This document shows positions 13,843 to 14,467 of a DNA stretch of 14,467 bases, in pieces. Every line of letters begins with the position of its first letter. The stretch's first letter is position 1. The notes beneath the pieces were generated by a model. The model was not told the DNA's origin and searched no databases. It worked only from the letters and a program-made list of their open reading frames with translations. Position numbers and translations under genes: made by a program. The stretch comes from Thermovirgaceae bacterium (lineage in GTDB: Bacteria; Synergistota; Synergistia; Synergistales; Thermovirgaceae), in assembly GCA_046542505.1 (NCBI GenBank), contig JBKHBH010000048.1:1-14467 (forward strand), written 5' to 3'.

Positions 13843-14467
13843 AAGACTGGAACCGGTGCTTTGCTTTCCTTCTTCTGCTCGTTTTGATTGCCTCCCTTCC
13901 GGGTGTCGTGACGCGGTGGAGACTGGAGTCGGCGAATACCGAAACGGCGCTTGTCGCTGATATCGCCGATATAGAAACCCTTGCGGAAGAAGCGGGCATA
14001 ACTTCTGCGCAGGCTGTGGATAAATTGCGCAACGCGGGCCTGACTGCGCTTGCCGTGCAGGAGTTGACCGGTGAGGAGCTTTTGGCCGGTGCGCTTCCTG
14101 TCGGGTTGGGCCCTGCGGTGGATTTTTTCGGGGACAGGATCGAGACGCCGGAACGAGCGGTTCTCCGCATTTACGATGACAATCCGCTGGCGGAGGATGT
14201 GCTGGAATACCTTCTGGCGAAATTTCCCCTGGCAGAAGTCGGGCAGTCGGGTGACACATTGTCTGTCATGCTTCCTGTCAATTACGGCGCTACCCTGGAA
14301 ATGGGGCTTCTTCCCGATTTTAACGGATTTCAACTTGCCTCCGAAGCCGGAATGGGTGTCGTTTATCGGTCTTCGCCTTCACCGGGTGTCACAGGAGAAA
14401 ACGTGGCCGCTGCGCTTTTGGGGATCCGCAAGCGGTATGATTTTGTGAATGCGGTAATACCCCGGGG
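13839..14467 (+). CDS. Membrane-anchored protein, DUF5693-like (N-terminal part, runs off the window)
   Basis: Not in the ORF track. ATG 13839 overlaps the maf TGA, with SD GGAGG upstream, and the frame is open to the end: MKDWNRCFAFLLLLVLIASLPGVVTRWRLESANTETALVADIADIETLAEEAGITSAQAVDKLRNAGLTALAVQELTGEEL... The N-terminal TM followed by 'RxxxExxN...D...LA...G...L...G.T.LAV.E.T' resembles DUF5693. Family assignment is from memory. Confidence 0.75.
   Translation, partial: MKDWNRCFAFLLLLVLIASLPGVVTRWRLESANTETALVADIADIETLAEEAGITSAQAVDKLRNAGLTALAVQELTGEELLAGALPVGLGPAVDFFGDRIETPERAVLRIYDDNPLAEDVLEYLLAKFPLAEVGQSGDTLSVMLPVNYGATLEMGLLPDFNGFQLASEAGMGVVYRSSPSPGVTGENVAAALLGIRKRYDFVNAVIPR

Noticed and set aside
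1..14467. CRISPR array, IS/transposase, prophage, toxin-antitoxin or defence system, recoding signals
   Set aside because: No regularly spaced repeats, terminal inverted repeats or relevant protein motifs seen. All genes appear intact with no internal stops or frameshifts.

Overview
Ordinary chromosomal window of about 55% GC by eye, probably from an anaerobic diderm bacterium (Synergistota-like gene content; this is inference). The minus-strand half (1-7149) carries, in transcription order: a CPA2 (Kef/YbaL-like) cation:proton antiporter, a tRNA-Gln(CTG)-tRNA-Glu(CTC) pair with its own promoter and terminator, nudC, an M20D amidohydrolase, and a TRAP transporter operon dctPQM (dctM is cut by the window edge). 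The plus-strand half (7344-end) carries a long class II aldolase, RNase J, and a tightly coupled run of Na/Pi cotransporter-PhoU, uppP, a small DUF4321-like membrane protein, maf, and a DUF5693-like membrane protein (cut by the edge). I see no mobile element, integrase, CRISPR array or defence system. I cannot support a clearly novel system. The best leads are non-coding: (1) a 13-codon uORF with a strong SD whose stop overlaps the dctP SD, (2) a roughly 300-nt structured leader with alternative terminator/antiterminator pairing and a T-box-like string before the amidohydrolase, and (3) palindromic and shared motifs in the amidohydrolase and TRAP promoters.
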